Assembly: GCA_030390025.1 (NCBI GenBank)
Contig: CM059432.1
Location: 124,126,001-124,190,000, forward strand
Reading direction: 5' to 3'
DNA from: Squalus acanthias
Taxonomy: Eukaryota
Length of the DNA: 64,000 nucleotides
The notes under the pieces are model-generated. The model saw only the letters and a program-made list of their open reading frames with translations, made no database searches and was not told the origin of the DNA. This document shows positions 37,009 through 48,815 of the stretch, in pieces (position 1 is the first letter of the stretch; every line of letters begins with the position of its first letter). The position numbers were made by a program, and so were the translations under genes.

Positions 37009-37214
37009 CTAAGCAAATCTGGCCAGGATGAGTGCTTCCCTTGCATCCCGGGCAGCAATGTTGTTGCGCGCTGGCGCCTTCTGGCCTGTGCATCTTGGCG
37101 CTCCTGTTGATGCTCCTGCTGTTAGTGCTGCTGTTGCTCATGGTTCTGCTGCTGCCGCGGCTGGTCTGCGTCCAAATCTGATGTCCAGGAGGAAAGGAAT
37201 TAAATGGTCGGCAT
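37009..37214 (-). pseudogene. Transposase N- and C-terminal remnants fused by an internal deletion
   Basis: Minus strand: Gln-rich N-terminus (SWTSDLDADQPRQQQNHEQQQH) joined directly to IAARDAREALILARFA*, matching both ends of the transposases at 43097 and 48816. Confidence 0.8.
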
Positions 37215-38214
37215 GCTTCTGGTATATGTCTCAGTTGAGGAAGCGCTTAGTCAAGGTGGGGAGAGGGGTTTCCCAGGAGGTCACACTGGAGATGGGTGTC
37301 AGGCTCCAAACTTCCACAACACTGAGTATGCCTGCTAAAAGTTCCCCCAGACCTGAGACAACAAAGTTCTGCCACCTGCAAATGATCATTGGTGAAAACT
37401 CCTTTGTAATGGTGGAGCTGCAGCTGTGAGTAAGCAATCCACTTGTGAGGCCACCAGCATTACCTGGCGTGTTCCAGAGGAGGCGTGTAGAATGGGGGGA
37501 GTGTCTAAAAATCGGAAAGGCCTCTCAAAATGGGATAATAGAGGCAATTGAGTGGTTGTTAAGGGCCTTAAGGGCCTATCCCGCCTCTTGGAGGCGGGAT
37601 GGAAAGGGGGTCAGAAAACACGTATTTGGGAAAAGTGCTCAGAGGCGGAATGGAGGTGCGATCAGACCCACCCGCCTCACACACCTCCAATCCCGCCTCC
37701 TCGGGCCTGGCAAAATCGAGCCCTTGGAGTGGGAGGGGGAGGATCCAGTTGTCGTGGTCCATGTAGGAACCAACGACATAGGTAGAACTAAGAATGAGGT
37801 TCTGCTGAGGGAGGTTGAGGGGCTAGGGTCTAAATTAATAAGCAGAACCACAAGGGTAATAATCTCTGGATTACTACCTGAGCCAAGCGCAAATTGGCAT
37901 AGAGTCAAGCAGATCAGAGAGTTAAATGCATGGCTCAAAGAGTGGTGTGGGAAAAAGGGGTTTCAATTCATGGGCGCTAGCACCAGTACTGGGGAAAGAG
38001 GGAGCTGCTCCATTGGGACGAACTCCACTTAAACCGGGTTGGGAGCAGCGTCCTGGCGAACCGAATAACTAGGGTTGCAGATAGGTCTTTAAACTAAAAA
38101 AGGGGGGGAGGGGTCAGGTCAGGGGAAATTTAGAAATTTAAAGCAAAAGGTCAAGGCAATAGAGCAGTGTAGCGATTTGGGTAAAAATAAGAAGAGTGTG
38201 ACAGGAAGGGACAG

Positions 38215-38316
38215 GGGAAGAAAAATTGAGTCGCGCCCAGGCGCTAGTTGCTTTGCGCCCTGTTAGCGCCCTAAGAGGGCGTTAATGGGAGGTGCAAAGC
38301 AACCGAATTTTTCCCC
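38215..38316. mobile_element. Harbinger-type MITE, 102 bp, inside CR1
   Basis: TIR-like gggaagaaaaatt / aatttttcccc; TSD CAG; homologous to the end of the element at 63225. Confidence 0.8.
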
Positions 38317-38379
38317 CAGAGAGTTTAATGGTAGCAGTGCAGCTGAGAATAAGGTCAAAGCAGGGAATAATGTTAAAAA

Positions 38380-40883
38380 AAATAAATTAAAGGCTCTTTA
38401 TCTGAATGCATGAAGCATTTGTAACAAGATAGATGAACTAGTGGCACAAATAGAGATAAATGGGTTTGATCTAATAGCCATTACAGAGACATGGTTGCAA
38501 GGTGGCCAAGGTTGGGAACTAAATGTTCCAGGGTACTTGACATTTCAAAAAGACAGGCAGAATGGAAAAGGAGGGGGAGTAGCCCTGATAATAAAGGATA
38601 ACACAAGGACAGTAGCGAGAAAGGATCTCAGCTCAGAAGATCAGGAAGTAGAATCAGTATGGGTGGAGATAAGGAATAACAAGGGGCAGAAAACATTGGT
38701 AGGAGTAGTATACAGGCCCCCTAACAGTAGCTATACCGTTGGACAGAATATTAATCAAGAAATAGTAGGAGCTTGCAACAAAGGTAATGCAATAATCTTG
38801 GGGGACTTTAATCTTCATATAGACTGGACAAATCAAATTGGCAAAGGTAGTCTCGTAGAACAATATGTCATGGAACCAAACAGGGAACAGGCTATATTAG
38901 ATCTTGTATTGTATAATGAGATAGGGTTAATTAGTAATCTCATAGTGAAGGATCCTCTGAGGCAGAGTGATCATAATATGATAGAATTTCACATTAATTT
39001 TGAGAGTGACTTGCCTAAGTCCAAAACTAGAGTCTTAAACTTAAATAAAGCCAATTACATAGGTATGAGGGGCGAGTTGGCTGAGATAGATTGGAAAAAT
39101 AGATTCAAAGGTATGGCGGTCAATAAGCAGTGGCTAGCATTTAAAGAAATATTTCATTATTCGCAACAAAAATACACTCCATTGAGAAACAAAAACTCCA
39201 TGGGAAAAGTGATTGAACCGTGGCTAACTAAAAAAGTTTAGGATAGCATTAGATTGAAAGAATAAGCTTATAATGTTGCAAAGAATAATAGTAAGCCTGA
39301 GGATTGGGAGAGTTTCAGAAACCAACAAAGATTGACCAAAACATTGATAAAAAGGGAAATAATAGAATATGAGAGAAAACTAGCAAGAAATATAAAAGCA
39401 GAGTGTAAGAGTTTCTGCAAGTATGTAAAAAGGAAAAGAGTAGCAAAAGTAAACATTGGTCCCTTAGAGGCTGAGACAGGAGAAATTATTATGGGGAATA
39501 AGGAAATGGCAGAAACGTTAAACAAATATTTTGTATCTGTCTTCACAATAGAAGACACAAAAAACATACCAAAAATAGTGGGGAACCAAGGGTCTAATGA
39601 GGGTGAGGAACTTAACGTAATTAATATAAGTAGAGAAAAAGTACTAGAGAAACTAATGGGACTAAAAGCCGACAAATCCCCTGGACCTGACGGCCTACAT
39701 CCTAGGGGTCTAAAAGAGATGGCTGAAGAGATAGTGGATGCATTGGTTTTGATCTTCCAAAATTCCCTAGATTCTAGAATGGTCCCAGCGGATTGGACGG
39801 TCGTAAATGTAACACCGCTATTCAAGAAAGGAGGGAGAGAAAAAACAGGGAACTACAGGCCAGTTAGCCTGACATCAGTCATCGGGAAAATGCTGGAATC
39901 TATTGTTAAGGAAGTGGTATCAAGTCACTTAGAAAATCATAACATGATTAGGCAGAGTCAACATGGTTTTATGAAAGGGAAATCGTGTTTGACAAATTTA
40001 TTAGAGTTTTTTGAGGATGTAACTAGCAGGGTAGATAAAGGGGAACCAGTGGATGTAATATATTTGGATTTCTAAAAGGCATTCGATAAGGTGCCACATA
40101 AAAGGTTATTACACAAGATTAGGGCTCATGGGGTTGGGGGTAATATAGTAGCATGGATAGAGGATTGGTTAACGGACAGAAAACAGAGAGTAGGGATAAA
40201 CAGATCTTTTTCAGGTTGGCAGGCTGTAACTAGTGGGGTGCAGCAAAGATCAGTGTTGGGGCCTCAGATATTTACAATCTATATTAATGACCTAGATGAA
40301 GGGACTGAGTGCAATGTATCCAAGTTTGCTGATGATACAAAGCTAGGTGGGACAGTAAGCTGTGAGGAGAACACAAAGAGTCTGCAAAGGGATATAGATA
40401 GACTAAGTGAGTGGGCAGTAAGGTGGCAGATGGAGTATAATGTAGGGAAATGTGAGGTTATTCACTTTGGTAGGAAGAATAGAAAAACAGAATTTTTTTA
40501 AATGGTGAGAAACTTTCAAATGTTGGTGTTCAGAGAGATTGTGTAGAATGGGCCTATACTCTCTGGAGTTTAGAAGAATGAGAGGTGATCTCATTGAAAC
40601 ATACAAGAGTCTGCAAGGGATTGACAGGGTAGATGCTGAGAGGTTGTTTCCCCTGGCTGGAGTGTCTAGAACTAGGTGGCATAGTCTCAGGATAATGGGT
40701 AGGCTATTTAAGACTGAGATGAGGAGGAATTTCTTCACTCAGAGGGTTGTGAATCTTTGGAATTCTCTGCCCTAGAGGGCTGTGAATGCTGAGTCTTTGA
40801 GGATATTCAAGGCTGAGATAGATGGATTTTTGGACTCTAGGGGAATCAAGGGATATGGAGATCGGGCGGGAAAGTGGAGTTGA
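38380..40883 (+). pseudogene. CR1 ORF2 (APE + RT), disrupted
   Basis: DLIAITETWL, GVVYRPP, ILGDFN, SDHNMI, KSPGPDG, QHGFMKGKSC, YLDF*KAFD, KFADDTKL; stops and two internal deletions (~38850, ~40535). Confidence 0.95.
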
Positions 40884-40974
40884 GGTCGCTGATCAGCCAT
40901 GATCTTATTGAATGGTGGAGCAGGCTCGAGGGGTCATATGGCCTACTCCTGCTCTTATTTCTTATGTTCTTATG

Positions 40975-41042
40975 TACTTCATTGACTGTAAAGCGCTTTG
41001 GTCATGAAAGGTGCTATATAAATGCAAGTCTTTCTTTCTTTC
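40975..41042 (+). mobile_element. Deu-domain SINE, right part
   Basis: tacttcattgactgtaaagcgctttgg...gaaaggtgctatataaatgcaagtctttc continues the SINE broken at 33506. Confidence 0.9.
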
Positions 41043-43096
41043 AAAGAACTCTGTCAAGTTACAGTAGTTAGAAATGGCATAGCTTTCACCAAACCATTCT
41101 GACTCACCTAAACAGCTTATATTTTTCCAAGTGCTCAATCATTCAGTTATTAATAATCGATTCCAGTAATTTTCTCACTACTGATGCTAAACCCAAAATT
41201 CCTGGGCCGGGAAGCGGGGTGGTGGGTATCAGTGCAAGCTCAATAGTCAGGACCGGGTTATGATGGGACTTCACCCAAAATTCCGCTGGAAGTGGAGGAG
41301 GTGCCCGACCCACCTATGCAAATGACCCAGACCCCAGGATTTGGGATGGAGTCAGGACACAGCAGACTGCTAGATAGAAGACCGGCTCCATTGCACCGCT
41401 AGTGGCAGAGCAGGGCCCCAGGGGTTTCCTGCCCATTGCCTGTAGTTACTGGGTTTGTCCATTTCCCTCTGTTTGAATAAAGTTGGAATATTTTTTACCT
41501 TCTAATCATCTAGCATTAGCCACTAATACAGTCATGATTGGAAGATTAATGCCCCAAAATTGCAAGACTCCACCCCCATTCATGTTAGTGGCCAGAAAAG
41601 TAAGAGCACTACAAATTGTGCAAATTGATTCTCTGATCTGTGTTCCAGCTGAGCGATACAATGTGTTAGAAGTGACGTCTCACCATTTTGGGGCTTATAT
41701 GTAATGCATCCCCAATCATTTTTTCATACCCTTGGATAGAAATCATCTGAGCCTGGAAACTTGGCTTCAATCTCCTTAGTTTATCCACTATAATCTTTCT
41801 GTTTATACTCGATAGGGTAGATTTTATAAATTTGCAATTCCATGCAACAGAAAGGTTATCGGCAATCAAGGTGCAAACCTCAGTAGGCCCTGCAGGATTT
41901 GCCTTTTATCACTTGTGTTTGAAGGGCTCATTAGCTTCCGCATCTGAATTTCAGATGTGCGCTTCCCGTGTAAGGGTGCAAATTTGTCAAATTTCTCCTT
42001 ATAATACCTGTGAGTTTCTCCTCTTCATTAATCTCTAGTCTTCCCTGAAACTTTCCTTTCATAGCCTGTTTTTCCATTGCAAAGACTGAGCAAAATAGTG
42101 GCCTGGATTTTCCGGGGCCTCTGACCGTGTACGCACAGCTTACGCGGCCGTAAGTGCCCCGCAAGTTCCGGGTTTCTGCGTGCGCTGCGCATGTGCATGC
42201 GCAAAAACCTGGAACTTGCGATCTGTCAAGTTTCAGCTCAACAGATCATCCGCATCCCCGGGAAACGGACATTCGCTGGCGGAGAGTGGGGCTGTTTGCC
42301 CAACTACTGCCCAGCGAACGCCCACGAAACTCTTACACCTCGTAAAAGCAGGGTAGGGCCTTTTACCAGCGTACGGGTATAAATAAATGTTAAAATAACA
42401 TTTTTAAAATCATTTAAACATTCTAAAACATTTAAACATTCTAAAACATTTAAAATGAGTTTAGGTTATTTTTGGTCCCTTTAAAAAAGTTAAAAAATTA
42501 TTTTTCAAAAAATTCAATTTTTATTTGAAATGTTTAATTAAATTGTATTTTAACTAATTTTAAACATGTGGTGATTTGTTTTTATTTAGGTTGTGTGAAA
42601 GTGTGTTTTCTATGTTATTCCTATTCTGCTTATGGGGATTCCGTACAGATTCCCGCCTCCACGCGACTTTCCAAAGTGTCGGGTCTGCGACTTCCGATCA
42701 GACCCGACACCAAGCGGCAGGAGAGGCAGTTAAGGCAGTTAACAGCTTGTTAACTACCTGCTTAATCCTATTTTTACAGGGTTTTTCAATTTTGCCACAT
42801 TTTCAGCATGTTCCATGTCGTTCAACAAACACGCCAGCTGATTGTGCCGGGTGTTCCAACAAGCTGAATAGTTCACAGCTGCAACTGCAGCATAAAAGCT
42901 AACCTATCACATCAGTTCAATTTCAGATGCCAGAACTTTCTGTTTTCAGGATTTGGAAGACATTTTTCATGTGTATTGAGGCTGTAAGTGTTTGTTCTGA
43001 GATCTAGATGCACTGTGACCTCCTTGGAATATCCTCTCTCCCCATTGACTGATTGCTTCTACCATCTCATCCTCAACTGCCATATATAAGAGCAGA

Positions 43097-44357
43097 ATGG
43101 GAACCATTTATACTCTCTCACCCTGGACCTCAGATTCGGAAGATGATCATCCGCAGCAGCAGCAGAACCAGGCACACCAGCAGCACCAACAACAGGAGCG
43201 CCAACCTTCTCCTCAACCACCTGATGCTGCACAGGGCAGAGGCCATCAGCGCAGGGCTGCACCGTGGCGCAGGAGATACCCCCAACACAGGGTTTACAGG
43301 CAGAGGATCAGCTTCCTCAACATGACTGAGCAGCAGTGCCAAAGGAGGCTGAGACTTTCGCGAGAGGTAGTCGCTGACATCTGCACAATGCTGCACCAAG
43401 ACCTGGAGCCCAGAGCAGCGGGTGGACACGCCTTACCAGTGGCTGTCAAAGTCACCACCGCACTCAACTTCTTTGCTTCAGCGTCCTTCCAGGGATCAGC
43501 AGCAGACATCAGCAGCATCTCCCAAGGCCGCACACAGTTGCATTACGCAGGTTACCAATGCCCTGTTTGCCAAGTCGCACAATTACATCCACTTCTCCAT
43601 GGATGAAGCAATTGTTACCACACGTGCGGCTGGCTTTGCCAATCTGGCAGGCTTCCCAAGGGTGCAGGGCGTCGTAGGCTGCACACATGTGGCTATCAGG
43701 GCACCCCATCACAACCCAGCTGTATTTGTGAACCGCAAGGGCTTCCACTCCCTTAACGTCCAGCTGGTGTGTAACCACAGGAAGAACATTATGCATGTGT
43801 GCACAAAGTTCCCTGGCAGCTGCCATGACTCGTTGATCCTGCGCCTGTCCACTGTGCCTCAGCTCTTCAATCCACCAACCCAACTTTCCGGATGGCTCCT
43901 TGGAGACAAGGGCTATCCCCTGAAGACGTGGCTATGACACCAATGAGGAGGCCAGCAAACGAAGCTGAGGAGCGCTACAATGTGAGCCATATTTCCACCA
44001 GAAGCATCATAGAGCAAACCATCGGCTTGCTCAAAATGTGCTTCAGATGCCTGGACAGATCTGGTGGAGCCCTACAGTACTCACCAGCCAGGGTATCCAG
44101 AATCATCGTGGTCTGCTGTGCACTGCACAACATCGCACAGCAGCGTGGCTTACCGCTGCCTGAGGAACAAGTGGCTCAGCGCACAGCCTCAGAGGAGGAG
44201 GAGGAGGAGGAAGAGGAGGAGGAGGAGGAGGAAGAGCCAATTGAGGCTGCAGATGAGGAAGACCTGGCGGAGGCGGCTGTCCCAGTGCCACCAGCACACG
44301 AGCACATTGCTGGCCGTGAGGCAAGTGATGGACTAATCCCTGCCAGATTTGCGTACC
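43097..44357 (+). pseudogene. Harbinger DDE transposase C
   Basis: [24 protein letters not shown] (catalytic D lost), [24 protein letters not shown]; frameshifts near 43525 and 43934. Confidence 0.92.
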
Positions 44358-44623
44358 TTGACACAGCAAAGACATGTGGCTGGTACATGGATATGAGTGT
44401 TGGCAGGACTTCCATTCCACACAATACAGCATCTGAACAATGAACTATGCATTCCTATCACTCTCCCCACCATCACTGCAGATGAAAGGCGCCCTCACCC
44501 CACACTGTGCCATTTCCAATTCTGAGCACACATAGGGCAACTCTTTGAATCTTTGACATCGCATTTGTTTAATACAATATAAATAAGGATTATATCAAAA
44601 CACCCAAGTGACTACCCTTGTGA

Positions 44624-46515
44624 CTATTTGTGTGTTAGCTTTCTCTTACGCGTGCTTCTACGTGGTGCTTCCCCTGTGGCTTCAGCAAATGTAGAAGCAG
44701 CTTGCTCATTTCCCTGCTGCGCCTGCTTAAACGCCTTTGGTGGGCGTCCTCTGGGTTTGGGAGCCTGGGAGGGCTCCGCAAAAGTCTGCTCCTCCTGCGG
44801 CTGTGCAGCGGCAGAGACAGCCATCGCAGTTGGTTGAGGCATCTGGGGCTCTGACCAAGGGCTCCGCAGTGGCATGGGAGTGTGAGCGCTTGGAGAAGAG
44901 CCCCCACTTCCTTGTTGTTAACCACCAACATCCCTCTCATGGGTCACCCGCACTTCATTGCTAACAAGTAGCTGGAGAGCACCTTGCTGCACATCAGTGG
45001 GGCCATGGGGACCCATTTCTGTGCTGATATTCCTCATAACTAGGACATCCATGAATCTCTGGTTTCTCTCCTCAATAGATGCCCATCTATTTAGAAGTGT
45101 TACTATGTTCTCCTGAGTCTGGCGATTTATGTCCTCCATGGAGGTTGCCATCCTTTCCATGGTGGCACCTACATTCGCCATTGCGTGCACCATGGCATTG
45201 CTCATGTTTGACATGGACTCCTCCATTCTCTGCATACTCGCAGTTACCATGGTTGCAAACCCTGTCAGAGACTCCTGCACTTGTTCCTGAAGCTCCAGCA
45301 CTGCTCTTTCTGGATGGCCCCAGAGGCACAGTGTCTACATGCAGCTGAGCAGAGCTAGGAGCGTCCAGCGCCCTCCGACAAGGACTCTCCACTGCTGTCC
45401 CTGTCTCCACCATCTGCTGATGCTCACTTGTGAGCTGTGATACACCAGGTGACAACACTACTCTATCTCGCAAAGGACCCACCGAGGTGTGCGTCTCTGT
45501 GCTGGTGCTGGGTGTGCTCATTTCTGCTGATGCTGCTCCCTCAGAGGCTCCAAGTTCCTCTGAGGAGTCGTCCGGCTCTTCCTCCTGGACAGTGGGGAGG
45601 GGGGCTCTCGATGGTCCTGTGGAGGAATAAAGGCATGAGTTAGACATGTGATATTTAGGTAGCACTCACATCCCATTGTGCAGATGATCAGAACTCAATC
45701 TGTATGAACATCAGATGCCATATCAGTCACTCATGAAATCTAACTGAGAGGGTTGCAAATCTATTCTGTCACCAGCTTGCTGTACTGCACCCATCTCTCC
45801 GTCCCCCACTTCCAGCTCTTCTGCACCTCTGACGATCTCGATAGCAGCCTCCTCAGAGTTGGTTAAATGCGCCATAGATGATGGGTCTCCTCCTGTCCTC
45901 CCCCTCTCCCTCTTATTGTGGGCTCTCTTTTCCTTCAATGAGGGACACAAGTCGAGTTTCAGCGAGATTGATGGAGTGTGTGTAAAGAATCCATAACATA
46001 GATGTTTAGAGGGAAACAAAGATGGAGTGAGGTGTCAATACCAAGGTCCCTCCCTGTGCCTTGTTAGTTGTTGTCATTGCATAACAGTGAGAGCGAGTGT
46101 GAGGGGTGCATAGTAGGATGGTGGAGTGATTCTGTAATTAGAGAAAGAGGGATGGTTAAGGGTGCAAGGGATGTAAGGGTAAGTTGGGATGTGCAGGACT
46201 AGGTTGACAATGCAGAATGCTGGTGATGAGAAGTGATGGGAAGCAGATTGAAGGTAAGTGTGATGTTATACTCACTTTTGCTAAGCATAGCAGATCATTA
46301 AACCTTTATCGGCACTGAACCCAGGTGCGTGCACACAACGACCTAGCACTTACCTCCTCAGCAATTTGCAGCCAGGCTGCCTTTTTGTGCTGAGGAGGCT
46401 TCCTCCGGCCATCGGGAGGGAACAAAACCTCCTTGCACCCTCTCACTCCCTTTACAAGAGCATGGAGGGAGTCATCATCAAAGCGGGGAGCAGCCTTTGT
46501 TCTTGGAGCAGTCAT
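44624..46515 (-). pseudogene. Harbinger Myb/SANT-like gene C (exons 46515-46276, 45932-45773, 45616-44624)
   Basis: APRFDDDSLHALV...WLQIAEEV...RTWVQCR*; same exon 1 and 2 sizes (240, 160 nt) as gene E; premature stop and frameshifts. Confidence 0.88.
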
Positions 46516-46999
46516 CTCACAAACACCAGCACTCAGGAGCATCAGAAAGTAAATGAAACCCAAAGGGTACATGGGCCCCTTAAATGCAGCTGAGTCAAAG
46601 ACGTCAGCAAAGGTGAGCAGCAGACCCGCACCCACTGATTGGGCCGGGTAACGCACGCAGCAGGCTTAATAAGCTCAATCTAATGAAAATCATTATCTCA
46701 GTGCTGTTGGAACCAGCAGCGGGACCGGAACCCGACAATACCGAACCCGACGCCAACCTGCCTATGGACGGAAAATCCAGCCCAAAGATACAGGCAGTCA
46801 GTCAGGTCCAGCAAAGGTTCCTTAGTCAGTCACATCTTCAAGCAGAAAGGTGCAAGGACATGCTTTGGCCAAACACAGAAATAGCAGACAGGAGAGGAGT
46901 TATTTTGTTTAAATTAAAGTAAGACGCTCCACTGATATGGGGAAGCATAGCATGTTCATTATTTTGTATGATTATACAAAGAGAAGTTGTACTATTTGA

Positions 47000-47462
47000 A
47001 ATAAACTCTGCTGCCTGTATCCTAACTCACACCAAGTTCCATTCAGCCATCTACATTGGCTCTTGGTTCCCCCAATGCCTCATATTTAAACTTCTCATTC
47101 TCATGCATAAATTGCTTCATGACCTCACCCCTCTCAATCTCTATAATCTCCACCAGCCATGCAACCCTCCAAAAAACTTTGTGTTCCTCCAACTCAGGGC
47201 TCTTGTACATTCCCCATTCCTTTTGCCCCACCATTGGTGACCGTGCCTTCAATCATCTAGGCCTTACACTCTGGAATCCCTTCCCTAACCCTCTGTGCCT
47301 TATAATCTCTATCCTCCCTTAAAACCCTCCTTCAAACCCACCTCCCAGCCCTCAAAGTATCTCCTTGGGCTCGGTGACCATTTTTGTCTGATTGCCCTTC
47401 TGTAAAGTGCCTTGATAATTTTCTATGTTAAAAGCGTTCTATCAATGCAGGTTGTTGTTGTT
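47000..47462 (+). mobile_element. Degenerate L2 3' fragment
   Basis: Similar to 29565-30042; (gtt)n tail. Confidence 0.8.
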
Positions 47463-48815
47463 TCACTGTATCTGTAACATAATAGCTATTAATAAATATA
47501 TTTATTTACAGTGAGAAACAATATGTGGACTCATTCCAAATTCTAATTTCTATTTGTTGCTATAAAATTACCTGAATGATAAGCTGCAAATTAGCGGCAG
47601 TGCTGATTTGAAAGTACGTTGAGACATTGCCAATACAAACTGGTCTCAGATTCAGCAAATGAAAATCCTGGTTAATTAAAATGGATACCCAACCTTTCAT
47701 GCACTGGGTCATAGCAAGGAGCTTCAAAGCAGTTCTAATATCGAGAACTAAGTGACACTCCGACTATTCTAATAAGATTGCATTGAAATTCCTTCATATT
47801 ATGCTGGTTTGCCGGCAATTTTACCAGTTTTTAAATATTACACCCCAACAACCCATATGATATCTTCCTCTGTAAAACTGAAGTGCAATTTGTATCCCAT
47901 ATTTTGAGTTGGTATGTTGTTTGAGTTACTGATACAGTCTGCTATATTCACAAAACACTGCGTAAGCACCAACATTATCTTCAGCCACATGTACTATTAA
48001 AATAAAACTGTTACTCCTGTCGGTTTACTGTGAGACTGTTGGCACTTTGTAATTCAGTAAAATTTACACATGCCACATGTCAAATAATGCTGGGAGTTAA
48101 AAGGCGTGTAGATACGTGTACACATGCTGTTCCACTCATTTACTTCCAATAAACTCTTGTGGTTTGCAACCGTATTTGAATTACCTCATTAAAATCATTG
48201 ATTGTGGTCACTCCATCACTCTCAAAATGATAATCATGTATAATGGATACAGAATTTCCAAACTGTCGACTCAATGGCCGCGATTTTGCCGGCGCTCAGA
48301 GAGCGGATTCGGAGGCGGGTCCACTGTCAAAATTGCAATGATTGACAGCGGGTTCGGAACCCGCTGCGAACCCGCCTCCATGTAAATTTCCAAAGTGTCG
48401 GGTCTGCGATTTCAGAACAGACCCGACACCAAGTGGCGGGGGAGGCATTTAGGATAGTTAACTGCTTATTAACTACTTGTTAAAGACTATTTTGCCAGCC
48501 TTTTTGTATTTTCCCACATTTTCAACAGGGTTCACGTTGTTCGGAGATCACGTCAGGTAAGTATGTCGGGAGTTCAATCGAGCTGAATAGTTCCCAGCTG
48601 CAACTATAGTATAAAATCGAACCTTTCACATCTGTTCAGTTTCCAATGTCAGAAGTTGATGATTTCAGGATTGGGAAGACTCATTTGATCTGTATTGAGG
48701 CTGTAAGTGTGTGGTGTAAACTCTATATGCACTGTCACCTCCTTGGAATATCCTCTCTCCCTATTGACTGATTGCTTCTACCATCTCATCCTCAACTGCC
48801 ATATATAAGAGCAGA

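Larger units (their letters stand above)
34504..37723 (-). mobile_element. Harbinger transposon E (Myb gene retained, transposase core deleted)
   Basis: TIRs gtgctggattttgtcag / ctggcaaaatcgagccc; TSD TTG (34501-34503, 37724-37726); removing it restores the CR1 ORF1 frame. Confidence 0.93.
34153..38097 (+). pseudogene. CR1 ORF1 (SGNH esterase type), split by Harbinger insertion 34504-37723
   Basis: VIVVGDSIVRG...VKDISSRLEKNL | EWEGEDPVVVVHVGTNDIG...IISGLLP; the N-terminal zinc-finger/coiled-coil part appears deleted. Confidence 0.88.
33503..40974 (+). mobile_element. Near full-length CR1 LINE (5' tandem array, ORF1, ORF2, 3' tail)
   Basis: Contiguous 5' UTR, esterase ORF1, APE-RT ORF2 and TTCTTATG tail, bracketed by the two halves of one SINE. 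Confidence 0.93.
42100..46783 (+). mobile_element. Harbinger transposon C
   Basis: TIRs ggcctggattttcc / ggaaaatccagccc; convergent transposase and Myb genes; flanks AGT/AAA do not match. Confidence 0.9.

Noticed and set aside
42405..42455. Short 18-bp tandem (also the 23-bp duplication near 23657-23701)
   Set aside because: Ordinary slippage duplications inside transposon AT-rich tracts.
44064..44432. Poly-Arg, poly-Pro and poly-Ser ORFs (also 19981..20175)
   Set aside because: Alternative frames of the transposase (GAG)n acidic tail.
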